Source of the DNA: an uncultured Solibacteraceae bacterium
GTDB lineage: Bacteria; Acidobacteriota; Vicinamibacteria; Vicinamibacterales; SCN-69-37
DNA length: 64,000 nt
Direction: 5' to 3'
Assembly: GCA_964423815.1 (NCBI GenBank)
Contig: CAYRGW010000003.1
Coordinates: 45,731-109,730 of the forward strand
Under the pieces are notes generated by a model. It was not told the DNA's origin. It ran no database searches and saw only the letters and a program-made list of their open reading frames with translations. A program made the translations under genes and the position numbers. This document shows, one piece after another, positions 49,605 to 60,100 of this stretch (positions are counted from its first letter, which is position 1; each line of letters begins with the position of its first letter).

Positions 49605-51452
49605 TTATTCGACCGTGACCGACTTGGCGAGGTTCCTCGGCTGGTCCACATCACAGCCTCGGCGCACCGAGATGTGGTACGCGAGCAACTGCAGCGGAAT
49701 GGTGAGCAGCACGGGCAGCAATAGCGGATCGGCGTCGGGTACGGTGAGGACCACGTCGCGTGACGCGTCGAGAATTTCGTCAAATGCGCGCGCGTGTGAC
49801 TGGGTCGTCACCACAATCACCTGGCCCCCACGGGCCTTGGCCTCCTGAATATTGCCGATCATCTTCTCGAGGACGTGGTCGTTCGGGGCAAGGGCCACAA
49901 TCGGCAGGTCTTCGTCGATGAGCGCAATGGGACCGTGCTTCATTTCACCCGCTGGATACCCCTCAGCGTGGATGTATGAGATTTCCTTCAACTTCAGCGC
50001 CCCCTCAAGGGCGATGGGGTAGTTGATGCCCCGGCCCAGATACAGGAAGTCCCTGCGCTGGTACAACTTCTTGGCCAGGTCCTCGATGACGCCGTCCGTC
50101 TTGAGCGTCTCCTCGATCTGGCCGGGGAGTTGTTCGAGTCCCTTGAGAAGTTCGACCGCCCGGTCATGGCCAAGGACGCCCCGGACCTGGGCAATATGAA
50201 TGGCGAGGAGGTGAAGCGCCACCAACTGCGCGGTAAACGCCTTTGTGGATGCGACGCCGATTTCCGGACCGGCATGTGTATACACGGTGCCGTCTGATTC
50301 CCGGGTGGCCATGCTTCCGACCACGTTGCAGATGGCGATACTGCGAGCGCCCTTCTGGCGAGCCTCGCGCAGCGCCGCCAGGGTGTCGGCCGTTTCGCCT
50401 GACTGCGTGATCACGATCGCGAGGGTCTTCGCATCCACAATCGGGTCGCGATACCGATATTCAGACCCGTAGTCCACCTCGACGGGCACGCGGGCCAGGT
50501 CCTCAATCAGGAACTTGCCGATAAGCGCCGAGTGCCAGGAGGTCCCACACGCGAGAATCACAATCCGATCAATGTCGCGAAGCGCATCGGCGCTCAGCTT
50601 CATTTCATCGAGAAACACCTTGCCGGATTCCACCGACGCCCGGCCAAGAATCGTTTCGCGCACGGCCCACGGCTGCTCATGGATTTCCTTGAGCATGAAG
50701 TGTTTGTAGCCGGCCTTCTCCGCCATGACCGGATCCCAGTTGATCGTCTGCGCTTCGCGCGTGACGGGCGCGCCGGAAAAATCGGTGAACTGCGCGCCGG
50801 CCCTGGTCACCACGACCATCTGGCGGTCATCAAGAAACACCACGCGCCGCGTGTGCGCAAGAATCGCGGGCACGTCGGAGGCGACAAAATATTCCCCCTG
50901 CCCGAGACCCACCACCACCGGGGGACCGTTTCTCACGGCAACGATGGTGTCGGGGTCATCGGCGGAGATGAGCACGAGCGCAAACAACCCACGAATCTGC
51001 GCCAGCGATCGGCGCACTGCGGCGGCAAGGCCGTCACCCTTCCATTCCTTCTCGACGAGGTGGGCCACGACCTCCGTGTCTGTCTCCGTGACAAACGTGT
51101 GGCCTTCGGCGATCAGCGCACGCTTCAGTTCAAGATAGTTCTCGATGATGCCGTTGTGGACCACCACAATGCGGCCCTTGCAGTCCTGGTGAGGATGGGC
51201 GTTCTCTTCTGTCGGACGTCCGTGCGTGGCCCACCGCGTGTGCCCGATCCCGTATTCGCCGTTGATCGGCTTGGTCGCGATGACATCTTCCAGCTTCGAC
51301 AACTTGCCGGCGCTCCGGCGGATATCGAGTTCGCCATTTCGCACCACCGCCACACCCGCCGAGTCATACCCGCGGTATTCCAGCTTGCGCAAGCCCTCGA
51401 TGAGGACCGGCAACAGGGGTTGATCTCCGACGTATCCGACGATGCCACACAT
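49605..51452 (-). CDS. glmS: Glutamine--fructose-6-phosphate aminotransferase
   Basis: 615 aa, with the N-terminal MCGIVGY, two SIS domains and the C-terminal ..NLAKSVTVE. Confidence 0.97.
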   Translation of the reverse strand: MCGIVGYVGDQPLLPVLIEGLRKLEYRGYDSAGVAVVRNGELDIRRSAGKLSKLEDVIATKPINGEYGIGHTRWATHGRPTEENAHPHQDCKGRIVVVHNGIIENYLELKRALIAEGHTFVTETDTEVVAHLVEKEWKGDGLAAAVRRSLAQIRGLFALVLISADDPDTIVAVRNGPPVVVGLGQGEYFVASDVPAILAHTRRVVFLDDRQMVVVTRAGAQFTDFSGAPVTREAQTINWDPVMAEKAGYKHFMLKEIHEQPWAVRETILGRASVESGKVFLDEMKLSADALRDIDRIVILACGTSWHSALIGKFLIEDLARVPVEVDYGSEYRYRDPIVDAKTLAIVITQSGETADTLAALREARQKGARSIAICNVVGSMATRESDGTVYTHAGPEIGVASTKAFTAQLVALHLLAIHIAQVRGVLGHDRAVELLKGLEQLPGQIEETLKTDGVIEDLAKKLYQRRDFLYLGRGINYPIALEGALKLKEISYIHAEGYPAGEMKHGPIALIDEDLPIVALAPNDHVLEKMIGNIQEAKARGGQVIVVTTQSHARAFDEILDASRDVVLTVPDADPLLLPVLLTIPLQLLAYHISVRRGCDVDQPRNLAKSVTVE

Positions 51453-51455
51453 GGG

Positions 51456-52868
51456 TTATTTCTCTTTCTTCGCTGCGGCGCGCGCAGCCTTGAGTTTGGT
51501 TGCCCAACCCTCTTTGATCACCTGCTTGCTGCGTGCCACTGCCAGCGCACCGGCAGGCACATCTTCAGTGATCGACGATCCCGCGCCCACAAATGCGTCC
51601 TTGCCAATCGTCACTGGCGCGATCAACTGCGAGTCGCTGCCGATAAACACGCCGTCTTCAATGATGGTTTTGTACTTCTTCTCGCCGTCGTAATTGCACG
51701 TGATGGTGCCGGCGCCGATGTTCACCCCGTCGCCCACCGTGGCGTCACCAATGTAGGCCAGGTGATTTGCCTTGGAGCCACGTCCCAGCGTGGTCTTCTT
51801 GAGTTCGACAAAGTTTCCCACTCTGGCCTTCGGGCCAAGCACGGAGTCGGGGCGGATGTGCGCCATGGGACCGACAGCAGCGCCGGCGCCTATGGTGGAG
51901 TTCACAATCACGCTGTAATCAAGCACCTCCACATCGTCATCCACCGTGGCGTTGGTGAGGCGGGCGCCGGCATGAATGCGGCACCGATCGCCGATTGTGG
52001 TCGTGCCTTCGAGGCGCACACCAGGGCCAATGATGGTGTCGATGCCGACGGTGACGTCCACGTCCACGTAGGTGGTGGCAGGATCCTCGAGGGTGGTGCC
52101 GCCCACCATCAGCGAGCGGTTCTTGCGTTGACGCATGACCGACGAAAGTTCGGCCAGGTCGAGGCGACTGTTCACGCCGCGCAGTTCGTCCGCGCTGTCG
52201 AGACACAGCGTCTCGACGCGCATGTCCTTCTGCCGATACATCGCGATCAGGTCCGTCAGGTAGTACTCACCCTGCGCGTTGTCGGTCGCGAGCCCATGGA
52301 GGTGCTCAAACAGGGGCGCAAGCGACATCGTGTAAATCCCACTGTTGACCTCGCGGATCGCCCGATGTGCCGCCGATGCGTCCCGTTCTTCGACGATCCG
52401 ACTGATGGTCCCGGAGGCGTCGCGTACGATGCGGCCGTAGCCGTACGGGTCGTCGAGTTCAGCGGTCAGCACGGTGGCCGCCGCCCGGGCGGTCCGGTGG
52501 GCCTCGACGAGGCGAGCCAGGGTGCCCGATTCCAGCAGCGGCACATCGGCGTAGAGGAGCAGCACGGTGCCCTTCTTGCCCTTGAGCACCGGTTCGGTCT
52601 GTAGCAGGGCATGACCCGTCCCCAACTGCGGCGACTGGACGACAAATTGAAGGTCTGGTCGTCCGGTCAGCGCCGCCTTGACCTCGTCACCGCCGTGACC
52701 CACCACCAGCACTTTGGAGGCCACCTCAAGCTGGTCCACTGTTCGGAGGACGTGTTCGATGAGTGGCCGACCCGCCAGGGGGTGCAACACCTTCGGGAGG
52801 GCCGACTTCATCCGCGTTCCTTTGCCGGCGGCAAGAATGACAACGTGGAGATCGTTGAGGTCGCTCAT
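51456..52868 (-). CDS. glmU: Bifunctional UDP-N-acetylglucosamine pyrophosphorylase / GlcN-1-P acetyltransferase
   Basis: 470 aa, with ..VILAAGKGTRMKS..PKVLH.. and C-terminal left-handed beta-helix hexapeptide repeats. Confidence 0.96.
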   Translation of the reverse strand: MSDLNDLHVVILAAGKGTRMKSALPKVLHPLAGRPLIEHVLRTVDQLEVASKVLVVGHGGDEVKAALTGRPDLQFVVQSPQLGTGHALLQTEPVLKGKKGTVLLLYADVPLLESGTLARLVEAHRTARAAATVLTAELDDPYGYGRIVRDASGTISRIVEERDASAAHRAIREVNSGIYTMSLAPLFEHLHGLATDNAQGEYYLTDLIAMYRQKDMRVETLCLDSADELRGVNSRLDLAELSSVMRQRKNRSLMVGGTTLEDPATTYVDVDVTVGIDTIIGPGVRLEGTTTIGDRCRIHAGARLTNATVDDDVEVLDYSVIVNSTIGAGAAVGPMAHIRPDSVLGPKARVGNFVELKKTTLGRGSKANHLAYIGDATVGDGVNIGAGTITCNYDGEKKYKTIIEDGVFIGSDSQLIAPVTIGKDAFVGAGSSITEDVPAGALAVARSKQVIKEGWATKLKAARAAAKKEK

Positions 52869-53716
52869 AAATCCTGCTGATTATCCTTCGCGCGTTTTTG
52901 AAGAATCCGGCCCTTTTTCAGGAGTTTCCTGGCGCGAACCGGGCTGATGTGGAAGTGGCCGGCCACCATGGCCAGAACCATGTCCTCCGCGAGGCTTGTA
53001 GATTCTTCTATTTGACCAAAAAGCACAGCCAGTTCGACCTCGTCAGGGTCATCGTCAAGCTCAGTCGCTGAACCACCCACAACAACCACAAATTCTCCGA
53101 GTGGTTTGATTGACTTTTTATCCCACTTGACCAATTCTTCGTTCATTTTGGTCAATTCTCGACATACGATAATCTGTCTATTGACCAAATATTGCGACGA
53201 GTCGTTGAGCGTCCGCTCAATACGGTGTGGAGCCTCATAAAACACCACTGTGCGATGGCTGGCGGCGAGCTCCTCAAACCAACGCTCACGCTCCTGTCCA
53301 GACGGTGGCGCAAAACCAAGGAAAAGAAACTCGTCACCGGGAAAGCCGGTGGCTGAAAGGGCGGCGGCGATGGCGTTTGCGCCAGGAATCGGCACGACGC
53401 GAATGTCCGAGGCGCGGGCGGCAGCTACGAGCCTGGCGCCCGGGTCAGCAATCCCCGGGGTGCCGGCATCCGAGACCAGGGCGATGTTCTCCCCCGCGAG
53501 CATTCTGGCGACCAGGCGGGTGGATTCGCGGACCTCATTATGTTCGCGCAGGCTGACGACCGGCTTCTGGATCTCGTAGTGGGCAAGGAGTTTGGCCGTG
53601 CGCCGGGTGTCCTCGGCCGCAATCAGATCAACCTCCCTGAGCGTACGGACGCCTCGGAATGTGAAGTCTTCCAGGTTGCCGATGGGCGTCGCGACGACGA
53701 AGAGGGTGCCGGGCAT
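52865..53716 (-). CDS. rsmI: 16S rRNA (cytidine1402-2'-O)-methyltransferase RsmI
   Basis: 283 aa, with GTLFVVATPIGNLEDFTFRGVRTLREVDLIAAEDTR and ..SDAGTPGIADPG... Confidence 0.92.
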   Translation of the reverse strand: MPGTLFVVATPIGNLEDFTFRGVRTLREVDLIAAEDTRRTAKLLAHYEIQKPVVSLREHNEVRESTRLVARMLAGENIALVSDAGTPGIADPGARLVAAARASDIRVVPIPGANAIAAALSATGFPGDEFLFLGFAPPSGQERERWFEELAASHRTVVFYEAPHRIERTLNDSSQYLVNRQIIVCRELTKMNEELVKWDKKSIKPLGEFVVVVGGSATELDDDPDEVELAVLFGQIEESTSLAEDMVLAMVAGHFHISPVRARKLLKKGRILQKRAKDNQQDL

Positions 53717-53756
53717 GGGGGGCCGAAGCCAAGTGTATCTATAATCAGAGGTTGAA

Positions 53757-54083
53757 ATGCCCCTCTACGAATACCAGTGTGATGCGTGCGGCGGTCGAAT
53801 TGAGCGGATTCGCAAGTTCTCCGATCCGCCGTTGGAAGACCCGTGTCCGACGTGCGGCGGCCATCTGACGAAACAAATCTCGTCTCCGGCCATCCAGTTC
53901 AAGGGCGCGGGGTGGTACGTCAACGACTACGCCAAGTCCGGGTCATCGTCGACCGGCAGCTCAAAAACCCAGAAGGGTGAAGCGGCAGAAAAGGGCACGC
54001 CCTCAGAGACCAAAACCGATACAAAGACGGAAACCAAGACTGAGACGAAGTCTGAGTCCACGCCGACCAAAACCAAGGACTGA
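53757..54083 (+). CDS. FmdB-family zinc-ribbon protein with a Thr/Lys/Glu repeat tail
   Basis: The N-terminus reads [13 protein letters not shown]....R.....[10 protein letters not shown], and the C-terminus reads [25 protein letters not shown]. Confidence 0.85.
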   Translation: MPLYEYQCDACGGRIERIRKFSDPPLEDPCPTCGGHLTKQISSPAIQFKGAGWYVNDYAKSGSSSTGSSKTQKGEAAEKGTPSETKTDTKTETKTETKSESTPTKTKD

Positions 54084-54091
54084 TCGCCGCC

Positions 54092-55375
54092 ATGCTCGAC
54101 CCCGTTTTTGTCCGTGACAATCCAGACCTGGTGGACGCGCGTCTTCGCAGCCGAGGTATGGACCCGTCTGCCGATTTGGCCGCGCTGGCCGTCCTTGAGG
54201 CCAGCCGCCGACGTGTGTTGCCGGAGGTCGAAGGGCTGAAGCGGGATCAGAACGCGTCGGGCGAAGCGGTCGCGCGCGCCAAAAAGGCCGGCGAAGATCC
54301 CAGTGCGGTGTTTGCCGAGAACAAAGCGCGCGGCGCCCGCATCAAGGAGCTTGAAGCCGAGCTCGCTGAGATCGAAGCAAAACGTGACGCCCTGCTGCTG
54401 ACCTTGCCCAACCTGCCGCACGAGAGTGTGCCGGTCGGCACGTCTGCGGACGACAACGTCGAGGTGCGCCGATGGGGCACGCCGAAGACATTCAGTTTTA
54501 CTCCCAAGCCCCACTGGGACCTCGGTGCCGCGCTTGGCATTCTGGACTTTGAGCGGGCCACGCGCATGTCCGGCGCGCGATTCGCCGTGCTTATGGGCGC
54601 CGGCGCGCAGTTGTCCCGTGCGCTGATCAACTTCATGCTCGAGCTGCATGCGACAGAGCACGGCTACACGGAAGTGGAGCCGCCGTTCCTGGTCAATCGC
54701 ACCGCGCTCACAGGCACGGGCAACCTGCCGAAGTTCGAGCAGGACTTGTTCAAGATCAGCGGTGACTGGGATCTGTTTCTGATTCCCACCGCGGAAGTCC
54801 CCGTGACGAACCTTCACCGGGAAGAGATCCTCGACGGTCGACTGTTGCCGCTCAAGTACACCGCCTACACGCCGTGTTTCCGCAGCGAAGCGGGTTCGTA
54901 TGGTGCGGACGTGCGCGGTCTGATCCGGCAGCATCAGTTCGACAAGGTGGAACTGGTCAAGTTCACCACGCCCGAACAGTCACACGAAGAGCTCGAACAG
55001 TTGACGCGCAACGCGGAGACCGTGCTCGAACGTCTGGAGCTGCCGTATCGTCGGATGTTGCTCTGCACGGGCGACATGGGATTTGCCGCCGCCAAGACCT
55101 ACGACATCGAAGTGTGGCTGCCGAGCCAGAAGACGTTCCGTGAAATCTCGTCCTGTTCCAACACGGAGAGTTTCCAGGCGCGTCGCGCGCAGATTCGTTT
55201 CCGTCCGGACGGCACCGGCAAGGCGCAACTGGCGCACACGCTGAACGGATCAGGCCTGGCGATCGGTCGCACGCTGATTGCCATCCTGGAGAACTACCAA
55301 CAGGAAGACGGCTCTGTCGTTGTGCCCGAGGCGCTGCGCCCCTACATGCGCGGGCTTGACGTCATTCGCGCGTGA
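54092..55375 (+). CDS. serS: Seryl-tRNA synthetase
   Basis: 427 aa, with an N-terminal coiled-coil tRNA-binding arm and class II motifs (..[13 protein letters not shown].. ..[13 protein letters not shown]..). Confidence 0.97.
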   Translation: MLDPVFVRDNPDLVDARLRSRGMDPSADLAALAVLEASRRRVLPEVEGLKRDQNASGEAVARAKKAGEDPSAVFAENKARGARIKELEAELAEIEAKRDALLLTLPNLPHESVPVGTSADDNVEVRRWGTPKTFSFTPKPHWDLGAALGILDFERATRMSGARFAVLMGAGAQLSRALINFMLELHATEHGYTEVEPPFLVNRTALTGTGNLPKFEQDLFKISGDWDLFLIPTAEVPVTNLHREEILDGRLLPLKYTAYTPCFRSEAGSYGADVRGLIRQHQFDKVELVKFTTPEQSHEELEQLTRNAETVLERLELPYRRMLLCTGDMGFAAAKTYDIEVWLPSQKTFREISSCSNTESFQARRAQIRFRPDGTGKAQLAHTLNGSGLAIGRTLIAILENYQQEDGSVVVPEALRPYMRGLDVIRA

Positions 55376-55385
55376 GTTCGTAACA

Positions 55386-55441
55386 GTAGACATGTAGACA
55401 TATAGGTTTTTAAATAAAAAACCACATGCCTACATGTCCAC
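55386..55441. terminator. AT-rich long imperfect palindrome; candidate bidirectional terminator between serS and the convergent propeller gene
   Basis: GTAGACATGTAGACATATAGGTTTTT-AAATA-AAAAACCACATGCCTACATGTCCAC. The arms are about 25 nt long with A/G differences, and T- and A-runs flank the loop. Confidence 0.55.
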
Positions 55442-55449
55442 TGTAAAAC

Positions 55450-56904
55450 TCACTTGCGCAGATCAAACATCGCCATCTCTTTGAGGTTGCGGACGAGTAG
55501 TCGTCCGTCGGAGAACGCGGGGTGGTTCCAGGTCTTGCCGTCGAGCACGGGGAAGCGCGTGAGTTCGTCGTGTTTGTCCGGCGTCGCGCGCACCAGCGCC
55601 ATGTCGCCGTCTTCGGTCAACACGATCAGGTGCCCACTCGCGAGCGCGATCTGGCCGTAACCATACCGGCCGCCCTTCCACATCAGGTTGCCGTCTGACG
55701 CACGCACACACGCGAGGATGGATTCATCGAGGCCATAAAAGTACCCGTCGAGGTAGATGGAGCTCGTGAACTGGTTCTTCATCCGGTTGTTCTTCCAGAC
55801 TTCGCGCACGGCGCCGCGGTCGCCGTTCATGGTGATCTCGATCACCACCGCTCCGTGGTCATACCCAGACGACATGAACACCCGCCTGTTGTCGAACACG
55901 ATCGGCTGTCCCGCATTCACGTCATACATCGTCGTCCACGGAAACTCCCACAACATCGTGCCGTTGGTCGGCTTCAGGCCCATGATGCGTGTGGCGGACA
56001 CCATGAGGATCTGGCGAACGCCATCAATGGTGACGAGCATTGGTGATGAGTAGGACGCTCTGTCTCCGAGAGCGGACCACAACGGCGTGCCCGTGCGATG
56101 GTCATACGCCATCACGGACTTGCCGGCACTGCCACCGGGCAGCGTGACCACAGCGTTGTCGACGATGAGTGGGGAGGTGGACATGCCCCACTGAATGTTT
56201 GAGGCCCCTGCGTCAGAAAGGATATTGGTGCGCCAGAGGGTGGCGCCCTTCTCCGCGTCGATACTGCGCAGTTCACCTTCGGCGCCCTGCGCATACACGC
56301 GCCCGTCGAAGTAGGTGGGCGTCGCGCGTGGACCGTCGCCGCCCATGAACTCCTTGAACTCGGCGTTCCACTTGTTGGTCCACACCTCGCGGCCGGTGGC
56401 GACGTCGTAGGCGGCCACCACCTCCTGGCTGCCGCGCTGCTCGATCGTGAAAGCGAGATCCCGGACGCCGATGCGCGCCGTGACGAAGGACGCGTAGCCG
56501 CCGCCAACCGGCTGCTTCCATACAGGTGAGAGTTCGCGATTCGGCCAGTCCGTCTTGATCGGCACGGCTGTGTAGTGGCCGTCCCAGCGTGGGCCGCGGA
56601 AGAACCCCCAGTCGGCAACAGCCGCGATGGCGGCTGGAGTGGGCATATCATCGTCCGTCGTCGGGAGGACGATCGTCGGGGTGACGGCGGTCGGTGTTGC
56701 CCCGGTTTCTGCTGCGGCCGCCTGGGATGCGCGATGTTGTTCAATGGCGTTCGCTTGCGCGTCCGCCGGAGTGACAAATGCGAGCGTCGGCGACCCGCCG
56801 CCGAGCACCACGACCCGCAGGCCGAAAAACTGGTACAGCACCGCGCTGGTCAGGCCGAGGACGGCGAAGCCGATCCCGAGGTAAAAGACGATCCGCTTGA
56901 ACAT
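55450..56904 (-). CDS. Membrane-anchored PQQ-like beta-propeller repeat protein
   Basis: 484 aa with an N-terminal TM helix, a Thr/Ala/Pro-rich linker, and repeated ..G...W.. propeller blades. Confidence 0.8.
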   Translation of the reverse strand: MFKRIVFYLGIGFAVLGLTSAVLYQFFGLRVVVLGGGSPTLAFVTPADAQANAIEQHRASQAAAAETGATPTAVTPTIVLPTTDDDMPTPAAIAAVADWGFFRGPRWDGHYTAVPIKTDWPNRELSPVWKQPVGGGYASFVTARIGVRDLAFTIEQRGSQEVVAAYDVATGREVWTNKWNAEFKEFMGGDGPRATPTYFDGRVYAQGAEGELRSIDAEKGATLWRTNILSDAGASNIQWGMSTSPLIVDNAVVTLPGGSAGKSVMAYDHRTGTPLWSALGDRASYSSPMLVTIDGVRQILMVSATRIMGLKPTNGTMLWEFPWTTMYDVNAGQPIVFDNRRVFMSSGYDHGAVVIEITMNGDRGAVREVWKNNRMKNQFTSSIYLDGYFYGLDESILACVRASDGNLMWKGGRYGYGQIALASGHLIVLTEDGDMALVRATPDKHDELTRFPVLDGKTWNHPAFSDGRLLVRNLKEMAMFDLRK

Positions 56905-56933
56905 TCCTCCAGCCTATACTGGGAGTTCGTCGC

Positions 56934-57023
56934 GGAGGGATGGCCGAGTGGTTTAAGGCGGCGGTCTTGAAAACCGCTGTGCGGGGAACCGTACCGGGGG
57001 TTCGAATCCCTCTCCCTCCGCCA
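56934..57023 (+). tRNA. tRNA-Ser (anticodon UGA), class II with a long variable arm and an encoded CCA
   Basis: I folded the cloverleaf by hand. The acceptor stem is GGAGGGA/TCCCTCC. The anticodon arm is GCGGT-CTTGAAA-ACCGC, giving anticodon TGA. The variable arm is GTGCGGGGAACCGTAC. The T arm is GGGGGTTCGAATCCCTC, followed by G-CCA. Confidence 0.92.
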
Positions 57024-57070
57024 TTCGACTCGCCTCCGGCTCGCTCATGGCGGGCCGGAGGTGAGTCGAA
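57024..57070. terminator. 17-bp-stem hairpin immediately 3' of tRNA-Ser (terminator or second REP type)
   Basis: TTCGACTCGCCTCCGGC-N13-GCCGGAGGTGAGTCGAA, with one mismatch. It is followed by a further AGTCGAA repeat (..GCGCAGTCGAAGGGC..). Confidence 0.5.
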
Positions 57071-57131
57071 TGCCCTGAGCGCAGTCGAAGGGCAGTCTTG
57101 CGACGCTCTCGCCGCGCTCGGCTCGAATCCG

Positions 57132-60100
57132 CTACTCCCCACCCCCACCGCCTCTGCGCACACCCCACACCGGTGCCGGTGGTTCCTTGGTGAGTCGGTC
57201 TACTGGTTTCGCTGCGAGCAACTTCAGGGCTTCTTCAACCGCGCGTTCGAGCTGTGGATCTTTACCAGCGATCACGTCCTTCGGAAAGTTCTCGATTTCG
57301 ATGTCCGGTGCGACGCCCTCATTTTCAATCGCCCATTTGTTGTCGCGCGTGAAGAAGCCACCGCGAGGGGCGATCATGGACCCGCCATCGATGAAGCCCG
57401 GCGTGTCGGCGGTGTGGACCAGCCCTCCCCACGTGGTCGTGCCAATGAGTGGACCGATGCCGCGACGTTTGAACATGTAAGGCATCAGGTCACCCCCGGA
57501 GCCGGCCATCTCGTTGATGATCATCACCTTGGGGCCCCAGATGCCCGCCGACGGACTTGTGAAGGGGAACCGATCACCCGCCACGTTGTTGAAGTAGCCA
57601 TCGAAGTCGCGCTGCAGGACATCGATGATGTAGTCGGCCGCTGAGCCACCACCGTTGAAGCGTTCGTCGACGACGACGCCGAGTTTGTCCTGCTGCGAGA
57701 AGTAGTAGCGGTTGAAGCTCTGATACCCGCCCTGGCCGGTGTTCGGGACGTAGACGTAGGCGAGTTTGCCGCCGGACAACTCCGACACCTTGCGACGGTT
57801 GTCCTCCACAAACGCGCGTGTGCGCAGGCCCTGTTCGTTGCCAATGGGCGTCACCGTGATCTGGCGCGCGCCCTCCATCACCGGCTTGTTGTTGACCGTC
57901 AGCACCGTCTGTCGATTGGCGGTGCCATCCAGCAGGCGATGAATGTTGTCCGGCGCGACAAGCGGTTGGCCATTGATCGCGAGGACAAAATCGCCGACCG
58001 CGACCTCAACGCCCGGGGACGCCAGCGGGGCGCGCAGTTCCGGGTTCCAGTTCTCTGCGTCGTAGATGCGCGTGATCTTGTAGCGGTTGCTCTCAATCGT
58101 GAAGTCCGCCCCGAGCAGGCCGCCATCAGCCGCATTCGTGTCTGTCTCCGGCATCGCGCCACCGCGCACATACGAGTGACCCACGGCCAACTCCGCGCCC
58201 ATCGTGTCCAGCAGATAGTTCAAGTCCGCCCGATGCATGACGTGCGGCAGCAACTGTCCGTACATCTCCTCCATCTGTGTCCACTTGGACCCGTGCATGT
58301 TCTGCACGTAGAGGTAGTCACGCTGAAGCCGCCAGCCTTCACGGAAGATCTGCTTGTACTCCTCCTTCGGATCCAGGTGCATCGTGAGCGAGACGTTCAG
58401 GCGACCCGCACCAGCCGCTGGCACGGTGCGATCCGCGTCAACGATGAACATCGCGGGACCCGCGGGGGCAGCCCCGCCGCCTGCGCGTCCGCCACCACCA
58501 CCGGCTCCGCGATAGAGCATCTTGTGCCCGTCAGCAGAGACGACGTACGTGGTGACACCCGTCAGGAACTGGGCCGCGCGGCGCTCGCTGAGGCGGTACC
58601 GCTGCAGGTTGGCGCCTTCGAGGTAGTACACGGTGCCCGCAACGCCCGATCGCAACTGCGAATACGCGCGCTCCGGAACACCAGGCACTGAGACGATGCG
58701 GCGGTCCAGGCCGTCGGCGTCAATCTGCACCGTAACGGCGGTGGCACGTGCGGCAGGACGACCTTCGGCGCCACCCGTCGGCCGCGCGTCACCAGCCGCC
58801 TCCGCAGCGCGCGCCGCCTCTTCATCACTCTCGGGCGTCAGGGGCGTCGGTTCGCCCTTCTTCAGGATCGCGAAGTACAACCCGAAGGTGACGGGCCTGT
58901 CGTACGACGTCATGTCCAGCCACTGCGATGCCAGACCAAAATCGCGCGAGGCCAGGAACCAGAGATACTTGCCGCTGGCATCCCAGGCCGGCCAGACCGC
59001 ATCGGCGAGTGGATCGGTGACCTGATGGGTGGCGCCGGTCTCGACGTTTGAGACAAAGATGGCGTGATACATCGATCGCAGCCGGCTGGAGTAGGCCACC
59101 CACTTCGAGTCGGGACTCCACACCGGGTTGAGGGTGCGCTGCGGCACCATCCACGGATCGCTGCCCACAGTCTTCGCTGCGCCGGTGGCCACGTCCACCA
59201 CCCAGACCTTGAGATCGGTGTCGGTGAAGACAATCTTCTTCGAGTCCGGGGACCAGGACGGCGTGTAATAGTGCTTCGGGTTGGCGAGTTCAATCTCGCG
59301 CGCAGGTGTGATGCCGTCCTGCGGCGCGATTACCAGCCGATACTCGCCGGATTTGTCGCTGAAGTAGGAGATGAAGTTGCCGTCAGGTGACCACGCAGGC
59401 GCGCGGTCGGCCGCACCTGTGGAGCGGGTCAGATTCCGCACATCCCCCTTGTCGGCGGGAATCGTGAAGATCTCGCCGCGCGCCTCTACCACGGCCCGAC
59501 GCCCTGCCGGTGAGATGGCGATATTGGTCACCCGACTCGACACGTCCTCCCACTTCGGCATCATCCATGGAAAGTCGCCGGTGGCGACGATGTCGATCAC
59601 GCGCGCGCGACCATTGGAGGTGTCGAGCATGTGTACGCGTCCTGCCTGCTCAAACACGACGGCGCCGCCGCCCGAGTCAATCGACTTCACGTCGAAGTCG
59701 GTGAACCGCGTGACCTGACGAAGTTGTCTGGATCCCGGGTCAAACGACCAGACGTTACTGACGCCGTCGCGGTCAGAGAGGAAATAGACCAAACGTCCGA
59801 CCCAGACCGGATCGGTGTCCTTGGAGTTGGTGAACGGCGGCGTGACGAGATCGTGAGTCTTGAGATCAACGATCCAGATGGGCTTGTTCTGACCGCCGCG
59901 GTAGTTGCGGCGCTCTTCGTCCCATGAGCTGTTCATGCGATACGCGATGTGGGTGCCGTCCCCGGAAATTTTGCCCATGTAGGCCCGCGGCAGCGCCATC
60001 GGCTCTTCAATGCCTCCGCCAGCCGGGACGGTCCAGAATTTCGGCGCACCACTCGGTGCCCAGGTCGCACGCGTGGATGCAAACATGACGGACTTGCCGT

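Noticed and set aside
51453-51456. glmS ribozyme/riboswitch upstream of glmS.
   Set aside because: glmS starts 3 nt after the glmU stop, so there is no leader region in which a ribozyme could reside.
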